A DNA stretch of 64,000 bases from Bacteroidales bacterium (GCA_025361285.1 JANYAP010000090.1:8176-72175), one strand, 5' to 3'. Counted from the stretch's first letter, positions 10,944 to 20,282 are shown. Notes: a model not told the origin generated them from the sequence alone. Translations and numbers: made by a program.

Positions 10944-11017
10944 ATTAATTACAAATTACAAATTACAGATGTGCAGATGACAAATTACAAATGAGGGAAT
11001 GAGGAGATGTGAAAATT
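10944..11017. repeat. 3'-flank repeat block (aattacaa octamers plus gggaatg/gatgtgaaaat words)
   Basis: It starts right after the TAA stop. It is related to 2537-2602, with the exact 17-mer at 10959-10975. Confidence 0.8.
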
Positions 11018-11064
11018 AAGAATTAAAAAATGAAAATAATTGAAGGTCGAATCACTGTAGTGGT

Positions 11065-11365
11065 GTTGTCATCCCGACGCAGGTAGGAGCATAGCGGTGT
11101 TGCTGTCATCCCGACGTAGGTCGGGATCCCTATCGGACGAACAACAGTAATGCAATAACGTACCCTTTATGGATTCCTACCTACGTCGGAATGACAGAAG
11201 GGGCGCGTTGTCATCCCGACGCAGGTAGGAGCATAGCGGTGTTGCTGTCATCCCGACGCAGGTAGGGATCCCTATCGGACGAACAACAGTAATGCAATAA
11301 CGTACCCTTATTGGATTCCGACCTACGTCGGAATGACAGTAGGGGGGGTGTTGTCATCTCGACAT
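11065..11365. repeat. Tandem repeat, 2.1 copies of a ~142-bp unit made of ccgac-NNNN-gtcgg hairpin motifs
   Basis: The units start at 11065, 11207 and 11350 (the last is partial). Each carries 'tgtcatcccgacg..' twice and the inverted 'cgtcggaatgacag'. The two full copies are near-identical. Confidence 0.9.
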
Positions 11366-11559
11366 GTATCACAAAAGTTAATAACTTATTGCATTGGTTA
11401 ATAACTTTGGCAAAACAACATAAAATGCAGATAAAATAGTATTTACATTAGCCAACTTAAATATGTTTTCTGAAATTTTTGATAAAAAACGCGAAACCTT
11501 CTAGGAAGCATCAAGTAATATTGGCTCGTATTAATTTAGTATAAATAGCAATTTTTATT

Positions 11560-12552
11560 TTGTTAATATTCAAAAACATAAAAAAAACTATAGTTAAATT
11601 GCTCGTTTTGGGTATGTTAGTATTATTATGCCCAAATGTAAGCGGTCAGGATATACACTTTTCGCAGTTTTTTGCTAACAAGTTATTTTTGGCTCCTTCG
11701 TTTGCTGGCGCTACGCAACAAAACAGGTTAATTTTAAATTATCGTAATCAATGGCCTGGTTTACCTGGCTTTGTAACATATTCAACTTCGTACGACCGAT
11801 ATATCCCTAACTTCAAAAGTGGTATAGGTGTAGCCATTATGCGCGATGTGGCTGGTTCGGCAAACTATAGCAATATGCAACTAGGTCTATGTTATTCGTT
11901 CGATTTTCTTTTGAACGACGAAATACACATACGGCCTGGAGCAAGCTTTTCGTACGTTCAGCGTTCCATCGATTTTTTAAAGCTAGTATATGGGAGTCAG
12001 GTAAACGACAATACCATACCAAATATATTGCCAGCAATCGATATGCTAAATGCCGTTGATGCTGCCAGTTCGGTAATTGTTTACACAAAAAATTATTGGG
12101 GAGGTGTAACTGTCGATCATCTGCTACGCCCAAACTTATCGATTTTGGGAGGGCAGGAGCGACTGTCGCGAAAACTGGACTTATATGGTGGTGCAACACT
12201 TATAAGGAGAGGCCGCCTGCTTAGGCCTATCGACGAAACACTTTCGGTTGCATTCAAATTTGCAGCAATGGACAAATACAAGCAGCTCGACATAGGCTTA
12301 TATTGGTCGAAAAGCCCGCTAATATTGGGCTTGTGGTACAGGGGTATTCCACCATTTAATTCCGATAGAGGCGATGCGTTTGTGTTTCTTGCGGGAGTAA
12401 AATTGCAACACATAACCGTTGGTTATAGCTACGATTTTACAATCTCAAACCTAAGTGGACACTCGGCTGGCTCTCACGAAATATCCATTTCGTACGAATT
12501 TGCTCGCTATCGTAAGAAAAAAATGCACGTAGTACCGTGTCCGGAATTTTAG
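11560..12552 (+). CDS. PorP/SprF-family type IX secretion system membrane protein
   Basis: 330 aa, TTG start, signal peptide. 'IHFSQFFANKLFLAPSFAGA....NYRNQWPGLPG' is the characteristic PorP/SprF N-terminal block. Confidence 0.85.
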   Translation: MLIFKNIKKTIVKLLVLGMLVLLCPNVSGQDIHFSQFFANKLFLAPSFAGATQQNRLILNYRNQWPGLPGFVTYSTSYDRYIPNFKSGIGVAIMRDVAGSANYSNMQLGLCYSFDFLLNDEIHIRPGASFSYVQRSIDFLKLVYGSQVNDNTIPNILPAIDMLNAVDAASSVIVYTKNYWGGVTVDHLLRPNLSILGGQERLSRKLDLYGGATLIRRGRLLRPIDETLSVAFKFAAMDKYKQLDIGLYWSKSPLILGLWYRGIPPFNSDRGDAFVFLAGVKLQHITVGYSYDFTISNLSGHSAGSHEISISYEFARYRKKKMHVVPCPEF

Positions 12553-12699
12553 GGTTTAGTGATAGAGTAGTTAGGTTGGCTTTCTTATTTTGTATTTTGA
12601 TTGTTAGTAACGTGTTGAAATACATGGAAATACATTGAAATATTTTTTATTTTAGTATTTATTTATTTATTTTTAACGCACTAATTTACAGTTTATTAT

Positions 12700-12730
12700 C
12701 TTGGCTCTTGGTTCTTGGTTCTTGGTTCTT
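12700..12730. repeat. Octamer array cttggctcttggttcttggttcttggttctt
   Basis: Period 8. Positions 12702-12717 are the exact reverse complement of 13611-26. Confidence 0.85.
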
Positions 12731-12778
12731 ATTTCTACATATTAACAATCATAACACAAATAATCAACGCTTTATAAA

Positions 12779-13573
12779 ATGAATAATTTAAAATTTGCAA
12801 TTATAGGTGCAGGAAATATGGGGTCGGCGATAGCTGAAGGTTTACTAAAAACTGGAAACATAGCTGCATCGAACATTTTTATTACCGACATGCGTGCACA
12901 AGCACTCGATAGGTTTAAGGTAAATGGCTGTAAAACTGACAGTAATAATATTAAAGCTGCAGCATTTGCCGATATAGTAATAATTGCCGTTAAGCCATAT
13001 CATGTAAAAACGCTTCTCGAAGAAATTAAAACTGAGCTTGTTACGGCAAAAAAGATAATTGTTTCCATTGCTGCCGGTGTAAGCATTGCCGATATTGAAC
13101 AAGTTGTAGGTAAAGTGCCTATTTTCAGAACAATGCCCAATACAGCCATTTCTATTCAGCAATCGATGACCTGCATTGCCGAGGCTAATACAACCAAGGA
13201 ACAGCAGTCCATGGTTTTGGAAATATTCGACCAATTAGGTAAAACCGTTATTATACCCGAAGATTTAATTAACGCCGCTACAGTATTGGGTTCGTGCGGT
13301 ACTGCTTATGCGCTAAGGTTTATACGTGCATCAATGGAAGGAGGCATCGAAATTGGTTTCAGTGCCGATATAGCGCAAACAATAGTTTCGCAAACCATGA
13401 TGGGTGCAGCAAACCTAATACTTGCCACTGGTAACCATCCCGAACAGGAAATTGACCGCGTTACCACACCTCAAGGCATTACTATTGCTGGTTTGAACGA
13501 AATGGAGCATCAAGGTTTTAGCTCCTCGGTAATTAAGGGAATTATAACTTCATATAATAAGGTAAAGAAATAG
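12779..13573 (+). CDS. proC: Pyrroline-5-carboxylate reductase
   Basis: 264 aa. N-terminal 'FAIIGAGNMGSAI' Rossmann motif and overall ProC-like layout. Confidence 0.9.
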   Translation: MNNLKFAIIGAGNMGSAIAEGLLKTGNIAASNIFITDMRAQALDRFKVNGCKTDSNNIKAAAFADIVIIAVKPYHVKTLLEEIKTELVTAKKIIVSIAAGVSIADIEQVVGKVPIFRTMPNTAISIQQSMTCIAEANTTKEQQSMVLEIFDQLGKTVIIPEDLINAATVLGSCGTAYALRFIRASMEGGIEIGFSADIAQTIVSQTMMGAANLILATGNHPEQEIDRVTTPQGITIAGLNEMEHQGFSSSVIKGIITSYNKVKK

Positions 13574-13610
13574 AGGCATATTATAGTTTTGAAGGAATTA
13601 TATTGAACGC

Positions 13611-13626
13611 AAGAACCAAGAGCCAA
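13611..13626. repeat. Inverted copy (aagaaccaagagccaa) of the 12702-12717 array
   Basis: Exact 16-nt reverse complement, so proC is bracketed by the pair. Confidence 0.85.
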
Positions 13627-13651
13627 ATTATAAATAGTTGTAATCCAACAC

Positions 13652-14290
13652 ATGCATTACATGAAAACCAGTTTTTATAAGTTGTTTATTACTATACGTT
13701 TAGTAGGTTTATTTGTGTTTTTAACGTTCAGTTCAATGTTAATATCGTGCAATGCGCAAATAGCTGAAAAATCCGAAGATATTTCACCATTGTTGATTGG
13801 AGAAACATTACCCAACGAAAATATAGTAAATTCGAACAACATAGAGGTTGAGTTACTTTCGCTTTTGAAGTTAAAGCCTTCTGTTATAGTATTTTACAGA
13901 GGAGGGTGGTGTCCGTACTGCAATTTACAACTGGCAGCTTTAGCTCAAGCAGAAAACGAAATTCTGAAATTAGGTTATCAGATTATTGCTATAAGTCCCG
14001 AAGATTTCAAGAATATTACAAGTACTACCTCAACCGATAGTGTTAAATATCAGGTATTTTCCGATCCTGGCGGAAATTTAATTCAAAAAGTTGGTATAGC
14101 ATTTAAAACTCCTTTACTTACAAAGGGGTATATTTCAACCAAAACCAAAGGCGATGTGTCGCAGTTATTGCCGGTGCCCACGGTTATGGTGGCTAACACC
14201 GATGGCGAAATTTTGTTTGAATACATTAACCCAAATTATAAAAAGCGAATTACCAAACAGTTACTATTAGCAGTGTTGAGTAATTTGTAA
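13652..14290 (+). CDS. Thioredoxin-fold redoxin / AhpC-TSA-like lipoprotein
   Basis: 212 aa. Signal peptide with 'LISC' lipobox. 'GGWCPYCN' redox motif. Confidence 0.8.
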   Translation: MHYMKTSFYKLFITIRLVGLFVFLTFSSMLISCNAQIAEKSEDISPLLIGETLPNENIVNSNNIEVELLSLLKLKPSVIVFYRGGWCPYCNLQLAALAQAENEILKLGYQIIAISPEDFKNITSTTSTDSVKYQVFSDPGGNLIQKVGIAFKTPLLTKGYISTKTKGDVSQLLPVPTVMVANTDGEILFEYINPNYKKRITKQLLLAVLSNL

Positions 14291-14297
14291 TGCCTCA

Positions 14298-16688
14298 TTA
14301 CGTTTTTTTGCCGTTTTTGGTATTTTCGCCAGCATAATAGCCGTAACCGTAGCCATAATTATATGAGTAATAAGCATAAGGCCGTCGAGTGTGTTTAATA
14401 TGCACATCGTTTAAAACAATATTCAAATTGTCGATACCTTGTTTTTTCAGATTATGAGTGAGTTGAGAGAGTACATTTTTATAGGTACGATTGTAACGAA
14501 CAACGTAAATGTTTATATCGGAGTACTTTAGAAGTAGCAATGCATCGGCAACCATGCCCAATGGCGGCGAATCGATAATTATATAGTCGTATTTTTCCTT
14601 CAAAGTAGCGAACAGTATCTTTGTACGGTCTGAAGCAATTAATTCCATTGGGTTTGGAGGAATAGGTCCAGCTAAGATGGCATCGAGGTTTTCGAATCGT
14701 GTTTCGCATGTAATATCTTCAAGTTCAGCATTTCCCGATAGGTACAAGCTTAATCCTTTACTGCTTTCGATGCTCAGATATTCCTGAAGTTTTGGTTTAC
14801 GTAAATCGAAGTTAATTAAAACAGTTTTTTTGTTGTAAAGTGCTAAGCTTAAAGCCAAATTGAGTGATGTAAACGATTTACCTTCGCTCATTACCGACGA
14901 GGTAACTAATATGGCGTGTTTTTCTTTTTCACTGGCCAAAAACTGCATATTGGTACGTATGGATCGGATTGATTCGGAGGTTAGCGACATTGGATAGTCG
15001 GCAACAACCGTATGTAACTTTTCTTTATTATGTATTATATGCCCCAAAATAGGGTACTTTGTGCATTTTTCAATATCCTCGTTTGTTAATATTTTAAAAT
15101 TAAAATAACCTTTAAGCAGAATAACCGAAACCGGAAGGCAAATACCTATTATTAAGGCTATTATAAGATTTTTATTGCGGTTTGGCGATATAGGGCTAAC
15201 TTCCTGTTCATTAGCTTCATCTAAAACTTCATTATCGGAAATGTACGATGCTTTTGCAATTTGTATTTCCGATCGTTTTGTAAGCAGATATGTGTATAAG
15301 GCATCGTTTAATTTAAACTTTCGTTCGTAACCTACTAGCCTTCTTTGAGTTTCGGGTAACTTGTTAATTTTTTCGTAAGCTTCGTTAATTCTATTATCGG
15401 TTTCTTGCAACGAAATATTATTTGCGCTTACCAAGTTGTTAATGCTTTTTAGCACCGATGCTTTTACGTTTTTAATTTTTTGTTCGTTCGATAATAGAAA
15501 CGGATTATCCTTCTTAGAATTAAATGTTAATTCGGAACGTTCTGAATACAAATTTATTAAGTCGTTCATAAGGCCGTTCAGCACATTATCCTTTATATTA
15601 AGCGCCGATGGCGAAGCTAAATCTGTTATATCGTTGTTTTTTTCGAGATATTCCTTTAAGTAATTGAAATACTTTGAAGTAACTGATAGTTCCGATCGCT
15701 GTTCTTTAATGTTTTCAATGGTAGAAAAGTTTTTTTGTGCTTGTGCATCTACGTCCATAACATTTTGAGAGACACGATAATTAAGCAAGTTTCGTTCCGA
15801 AAACGACAGCGAGTCGCCAACATCGCCAAGTTGCGAGTCGATAAACCGAATGGTATTTTCGGCCACCTGATTCTTTTTTTCCAAGCCTTTTTCGAGATAC
15901 ACAATTGTAAGTGCGTTAAGAAAGTCGACCATTTTTGCGGCGTTACTTCCTTGTATAGAAATAGTTAACGTGGACGATGCTGAGTTTTCAGTTATTTTAA
16001 ACCAACGAAATTGATTAATTAACGAATTGTCGTCGTACGCCTCAAAATAAAACCGTTTGCCATCTAATTTACTTAAATCGCCAATTTGTTGAGGTGTAAG
16101 TGTAAAACATATTCCATTTGTCTGCATAGGAACAAAAACGCTTCCAGTTGTGTCAATAGCAATTGGCTTATAATCAATTATTTTATTGTCTTTAAACCTA
16201 TAAATAGAGCTATTATCGGAATTTGCCTTTATCGAAAACTTGTTGGGGGATAGAATTTCGATTTCGATTTTTGTAAATAAGGGCAATATGGTTGTAGTAT
16301 CGGTAACAACAAGTATTGGCGAGGATTTATACAATTCCTTATTTTGAAAACAACCTGATGAAAAGTAAGCAATACGAAAATCGAGCCGTTCAATAGTACG
16401 TTTAGTAATTGTTCGAGTCTTTAAAATTGAAATTTCGCTTGGCAATCGGCTGGCAGCACCAATGCCTAGCCCCGACGAAAATCTGTCGTCGAGCATTTTT
16501 CTTTCGTCCTGTATAAGAATTGAGGTTTTTACCGCATATATAGGTACCGAAAAATAATTAACTAAGTAAGCAATGGTAAGGCTTAGCGTAACGCATATTA
16601 AAAACCAGTACCAATAACCCGAAAGCTTAAAGAGGAACTCGCGTACATCAAACGTTTCGTCGCTAAAAGAATCTTTCAGGTTATCCAT
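14298..16688 (-). CDS. Polysaccharide co-polymerase / tyrosine autokinase (Wzc-like)
   Basis: 796 aa. N-terminal Wzz-like region with a TM segment, Walker-A-like 'SSVMSEGKS', and a C-terminal Tyr cluster 'YAYYSYNYGYGYGYY'. Confidence 0.9.
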   Translation of the reverse strand: MDNLKDSFSDETFDVREFLFKLSGYWYWFLICVTLSLTIAYLVNYFSVPIYAVKTSILIQDERKMLDDRFSSGLGIGAASRLPSEISILKTRTITKRTIERLDFRIAYFSSGCFQNKELYKSSPILVVTDTTTILPLFTKIEIEILSPNKFSIKANSDNSSIYRFKDNKIIDYKPIAIDTTGSVFVPMQTNGICFTLTPQQIGDLSKLDGKRFYFEAYDDNSLINQFRWFKITENSASSTLTISIQGSNAAKMVDFLNALTIVYLEKGLEKKNQVAENTIRFIDSQLGDVGDSLSFSERNLLNYRVSQNVMDVDAQAQKNFSTIENIKEQRSELSVTSKYFNYLKEYLEKNNDITDLASPSALNIKDNVLNGLMNDLINLYSERSELTFNSKKDNPFLLSNEQKIKNVKASVLKSINNLVSANNISLQETDNRINEAYEKINKLPETQRRLVGYERKFKLNDALYTYLLTKRSEIQIAKASYISDNEVLDEANEQEVSPISPNRNKNLIIALIIGICLPVSVILLKGYFNFKILTNEDIEKCTKYPILGHIIHNKEKLHTVVADYPMSLTSESIRSIRTNMQFLASEKEKHAILVTSSVMSEGKSFTSLNLALSLALYNKKTVLINFDLRKPKLQEYLSIESSKGLSLYLSGNAELEDITCETRFENLDAILAGPIPPNPMELIASDRTKILFATLKEKYDYIIIDSPPLGMVADALLLLKYSDINIYVVRYNRTYKNVLSQLTHNLKKQGIDNLNIVLNDVHIKHTRRPYAYYSYNYGYGYGYYAGENTKNGKKT

Positions 16689-16689
16689 G

Positions 16690-17478
16690 TTAGCGCTTAA
16701 TGGTAGTAAATAAATACCCTATCGTTATCGCTATACTAAGTAAGCCAAGTGCCGAACCATAAGAAAACGAAGTAACAAGGTACGATTTACTCTTCCGCGG
16801 TTCCACATATATAATATCGTTTGGCACGAGGTAAAAATAATCCGATTCCAAAATGTTTTTATCACTTAAATCGAAATAATAAATCTCCGATCCATTTAGG
16901 GTTTGGCGAACTAGGGCTACTTTATTTATGTTGCCAAATTCCTTAGGACCACCAGCCAATGCTAAAGCTTGAAAAAGATTTACCTGATCCTTATCTATAT
17001 TAAAGTTTCCAGGTGAACTTACTTCGCCAAGAATGGAAATTTGGAAGTTTACCAACTTGATAATCACCGTAGTTTCGTTAAAATATTCGTTTAACGTTTT
17101 CTGAAGTTTTTTCTTCACTTCTTCTAAAGTCATACCCTTAACAAACATACGATCTACAAACGAAAAGTTTATATAACCTTCTTCATCAATCATATAGCTG
17201 TTTAAGTACAAATACGTTGGGTTCATCAACGTTGGTAAGTCGGTCTGAAAAAACTTACTTGTTTTCGGATCGGTGCTATATATCCGAATATAAAGGTGAT
17301 CGCCCGATTGAACCTGATATGTCGTTTTTTTCTTATTAACGAAACTCGTTTTAGGTGCACCAGAGGCTTTGTCCTGAAGCATCATAACCTTTTTCTGAGA
17401 TTGGCACGAGGAAACGATTAAAACCACTAATAGCAATTTCCAAAGTGCACTACCGATTAATTTACGAAATCTTTTCAT
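16690..17478 (-). CDS. Polysaccharide export outer-membrane protein (Wza-like)
   Basis: 262 aa. Signal peptide with 'SSC', 'YQVQSGDHLYIRIY' Poly_export-type block, and a SLBB-like region. Its stop lies 1 nt from the wzc start. Confidence 0.85.
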   Translation of the reverse strand: MKRFRKLIGSALWKLLLVVLIVSSCQSQKKVMMLQDKASGAPKTSFVNKKKTTYQVQSGDHLYIRIYSTDPKTSKFFQTDLPTLMNPTYLYLNSYMIDEEGYINFSFVDRMFVKGMTLEEVKKKLQKTLNEYFNETTVIIKLVNFQISILGEVSSPGNFNIDKDQVNLFQALALAGGPKEFGNINKVALVRQTLNGSEIYYFDLSDKNILESDYFYLVPNDIIYVEPRKSKSYLVTSFSYGSALGLLSIAITIGYLFTTIKR

Positions 17479-17522
17479 GATGTACTGTTTAATTTATCAA
17501 TGTATTAATGCTTACTTTTTAA

Positions 17523-19445
17523 TTAATTACTTGTGTTTTTTCTGCTAGTTGAAACTATAAAAGAGCCTGGAATAGCCAAAGTTTTAAATAATTTTTGTGC
17601 GTTTTTGTAGTTATTCCCAGCGTTGAACGAATACTTGTACCACCCATCTTCCTGAATAGTATCTAGTTTCAAGTCGCCAGTATAGAAACTCTTTAGAATA
17701 CTTTCAGACAATGGCACATGCGATGCTGCTATTTGTATTCTATAATTTACACTTTGCGAATTACTTACAGCCGATTGTTCGTTTTTTATTTGACGTTTAT
17801 AAACAATGGCAGGTGTTATTTTAATTCGTTTGCCGTTTACGTACGCAATTACAAAAGCACCAGGTACTTTAAGTTGATCTCGCATTTTTCGTGCCGATCG
17901 GTAATTGCTGTAAATACCAATGGCGTATTTAAACCATTTGTCCTCAAATAACTCGTCTATTTTTTCAATACCACCATAAATACCTGCTATTGTGTTCTTA
18001 TCTAATCGAATACGAGAAGCTGCAATTTGAACACGGAATACAAAACCAGAGGAATCCACTGATTTTGGTATATATTCCTGATTATAAATTGACTCGCCAA
18101 TAACTTTGTTTTTTTTGCCCTTTGGTTTATTAGTTGTGTTTTTAGATGTAAGTTGAGCATATTTAGCCTTTAACCGTTTGTTTTTTAGCCTATTTTCGGT
18201 TAGTAAAATTTTGCCTTCCGCTGAAGAAGTATCGATATTTGCCGTATCCACCATAGCGAGCTTTAATTTCGATGCATCGTCCTGTATTTTACTGTGGTAC
18301 AAATAGGTATGCCAAGCATCGGATAATTCGTTTATGTTTGAATAGTCTAATCGCTTAAAATCAATTACATAGCTTTCGTAATTTTGAGGGTAAGTCTTTT
18401 TAAGGAAACTATTAAATTGATCAATTTGCTCCTCGTTAACCTTAACTTTGCCGTATAAACTGGAATCGTTTCCAACTACAACGTCGTCGTATTTTATTGG
18501 TAATGGCTCTTTATCAATGCTTTTAACCAACGAAACTGTATCGGATTTTAATGTTTGTAGGTTAGTGCTATCAACCTTAGCTTGTTTGATAGGTCGAATC
18601 GATTTTTTTGTAGATGCTGAATCGGCAGATATGCTGTGTGTTACAGTTCTAATTTTAGCAGAATCGGCAATTATCGAATCGCGCTTAGCAACTGATTGTT
18701 TAACAATCGAATCTGTAGTTACAACAATGCTGTTTTTATGCTGGTTAGTTGTATCCTTAGCTGTGGTTAATTTTAAACCCGGAATGTCAGCTTTGTTTGA
18801 CATTACCCAATCTGTTTCATATTCAATTGGCCAAGTCAAATATGTATATAACACCTTCTGAATAATGGTTATATATGTATTTTCAAGTGTTTCTGCTTGC
18901 TGCAGTATCGTAACTTTTTCGGATAGATTGGTCTTTTTATCAGCTTGAGAGCGTAAGCTGTTCGCTTTATTAAATGGTTCTAGCGATGCATTTTCAACTT
19001 TCTTGGCATAATCTAACAATTGCTTATCGCCCTTATATTTTTTCCAAAACTGTTTTATATTCGACTGATATACTTTGTATTTGGTTTCGAAAGCCTTCTT
19101 ATAAAAATCGTCGGCTTCCAAACGTTTTAAAGCGTATTTTTTTGAGGTATTGGTTTTATCCTTCGTAGTATCGATTAACATATTTGCCTCTGTATCAGAT
19201 ATTAGCCCTTTATTGAAAATTTCATCCGATTTTGAAAGTTTCATTTGATCGGCAACCGAAATTTTCGAATGAAGTTCGCTTATATACGACTGTGCCCATG
19301 AGTGTTGCGAAATAGCAAGAATAATAAACACATAAATGTATTTTATTATCGAAGTTAAAGGACGTTTTGCAGCATATTTTATCATAAGGCAACTTAGAGT
19401 ATTCCCTGAATATGGTTTATTGTTTATTGCAATACTTCGATGCAT
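17523..19445 (-). CDS. Secreted protein with two C-terminal SPOR-like domains
   Basis: 640 aa. 'FRVQIAASR...' and 'YRIQIAASH...' are SPOR-type repeats. The true start is more likely the internal Met at 19385 ('MIKYAAKRP...SWAQ' signal peptide), because the upstream codons abut a repeat fragment. Confidence 0.7.
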   Translation of the reverse strand: MHRSIAINNKPYSGNTLSCLMIKYAAKRPLTSIIKYIYVFIILAISQHSWAQSYISELHSKISVADQMKLSKSDEIFNKGLISDTEANMLIDTTKDKTNTSKKYALKRLEADDFYKKAFETKYKVYQSNIKQFWKKYKGDKQLLDYAKKVENASLEPFNKANSLRSQADKKTNLSEKVTILQQAETLENTYITIIQKVLYTYLTWPIEYETDWVMSNKADIPGLKLTTAKDTTNQHKNSIVVTTDSIVKQSVAKRDSIIADSAKIRTVTHSISADSASTKKSIRPIKQAKVDSTNLQTLKSDTVSLVKSIDKEPLPIKYDDVVVGNDSSLYGKVKVNEEQIDQFNSFLKKTYPQNYESYVIDFKRLDYSNINELSDAWHTYLYHSKIQDDASKLKLAMVDTANIDTSSAEGKILLTENRLKNKRLKAKYAQLTSKNTTNKPKGKKNKVIGESIYNQEYIPKSVDSSGFVFRVQIAASRIRLDKNTIAGIYGGIEKIDELFEDKWFKYAIGIYSNYRSARKMRDQLKVPGAFVIAYVNGKRIKITPAIVYKRQIKNEQSAVSNSQSVNYRIQIAASHVPLSESILKSFYTGDLKLDTIQEDGWYKYSFNAGNNYKNAQKLFKTLAIPGSFIVSTSRKNTSN

Positions 19446-19446
19446 T

Positions 19447-19517
19447 TTTGCAACTTGCTAATAATTAACAACTTGAAATACATAGAAATTGAATAATTAG
19501 AAGTTTACCGAACTATT
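19447..19517 (+). mobile_element. Internally deleted copy of MITE-like family A
   Basis: 'tttgcaacttgct.ataat...ttgaaatacatagaaa' joins directly to 'aattagaagtttaccgaactatt'. Both parts align to 44657-44698 and 44760-44783. Confidence 0.7.
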
Positions 19518-19640
19518 GTTTATTAATGAAAATCAAAAAATACATTTGTTTATAAATTTATTAAAAAATGTAATAGTATAATTATAACTAGCTATAAATT
19601 TTTTACTTTCAGGCTACAATACTAAAATTAAATATTTTTA

Positions 19641-19726
19641 ATGATTTTCACGAACATAATATTATGATTTACATTACCATATAAAGATGATTTATATCAC
19701 CACTTTAAAAAATGATAAATATCAAT
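19641..19726. repeat. Four phased direct repeats ATGAT(T/A)(T/A)(T/A)(C/T)A.. spaced 23-25 bp
   Basis: 'atgattttcacg' at 19641, 'atgatttacatt' at 19664, 'atgatttatatc' at 19687 and 'atgataaatatc' at 19712. Confidence 0.5.
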
Positions 19727-19752
19727 AATTCAAGTATTTAAGTTAATTACTA

Positions 19753-20259
19753 TTATTCAAACTCCTTTTTTAATTGTTCTATCCAAGCTTTAACTCGCTC
19801 TTTATTTTTGGTTGCTTGTGTTTCAAAATCAATAGCTAAGCCTAAAAATTGATTGTTTCGCACTGCTTTTGAGCTTTCAAAAGTGTATCCTTTTGTTGAA
19901 GTTAAACCAACAATTATTGCACCGCTGCTTTCAAAAAGTTGAGCTATAATTCCTAATGCGTCCTGAAAATTTTCGGGGTAGTCCACTTGGTTTCCTAAAC
20001 CGAATAGAGCTATTTTCTTACCTTTAAGATTCATATCCTCAATTGCAGGACCAAATTCGTCCCAATAGGTTGGCAATTCGCCATCGAACCAAGTAGGTAC
20101 GCCCAATATAAGGTTTTCGAAGGCGAGAAATTGCTCTTCGGTAACAGTTTCGGCATTAATACTTTCTATTACATCGCTGTCAAAGCCCTCTGATATGCTT
20201 TCGGCAATTTTTTTAGTTTTATTACTATTAAAGCTATAAAATAATCCTATTTTGTTCAT
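19753..20259 (-). CDS. fldA: Long-chain flavodoxin
   Basis: 168 aa. 'IGLFYSFNSNKTKKIAE' FMN-binding N-terminus and 'PTWFDGELP'. Confidence 0.9.
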   Translation of the reverse strand: MNKIGLFYSFNSNKTKKIAESISEGFDSDVIESINAETVTEEQFLAFENLILGVPTWFDGELPTYWDEFGPAIEDMNLKGKKIALFGLGNQVDYPENFQDALGIIAQLFESSGAIIVGLTSTKGYTFESSKAVRNNQFLGLAIDFETQATKNKERVKAWIEQLKKEFE

Positions 20260-20282
20260 ATTGTATAATTTGTTGGTGTTTA

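Noticed and set aside
11065-11365. Possible CRISPR array, because of repeated palindromic units
   Set aside because: The whole 142-bp unit is repeated, including the segments between the hairpins, so there are no unique spacers. There are no cas genes in the window and the repeat length is wrong for CRISPR.
14298-19445. A complete capsule/EPS biosynthesis locus
   Set aside because: Only export components (Wza-like, Wzc-like) and a SPOR protein are present. No glycosyltransferase, flippase or polymerase gene is adjacent in this window.
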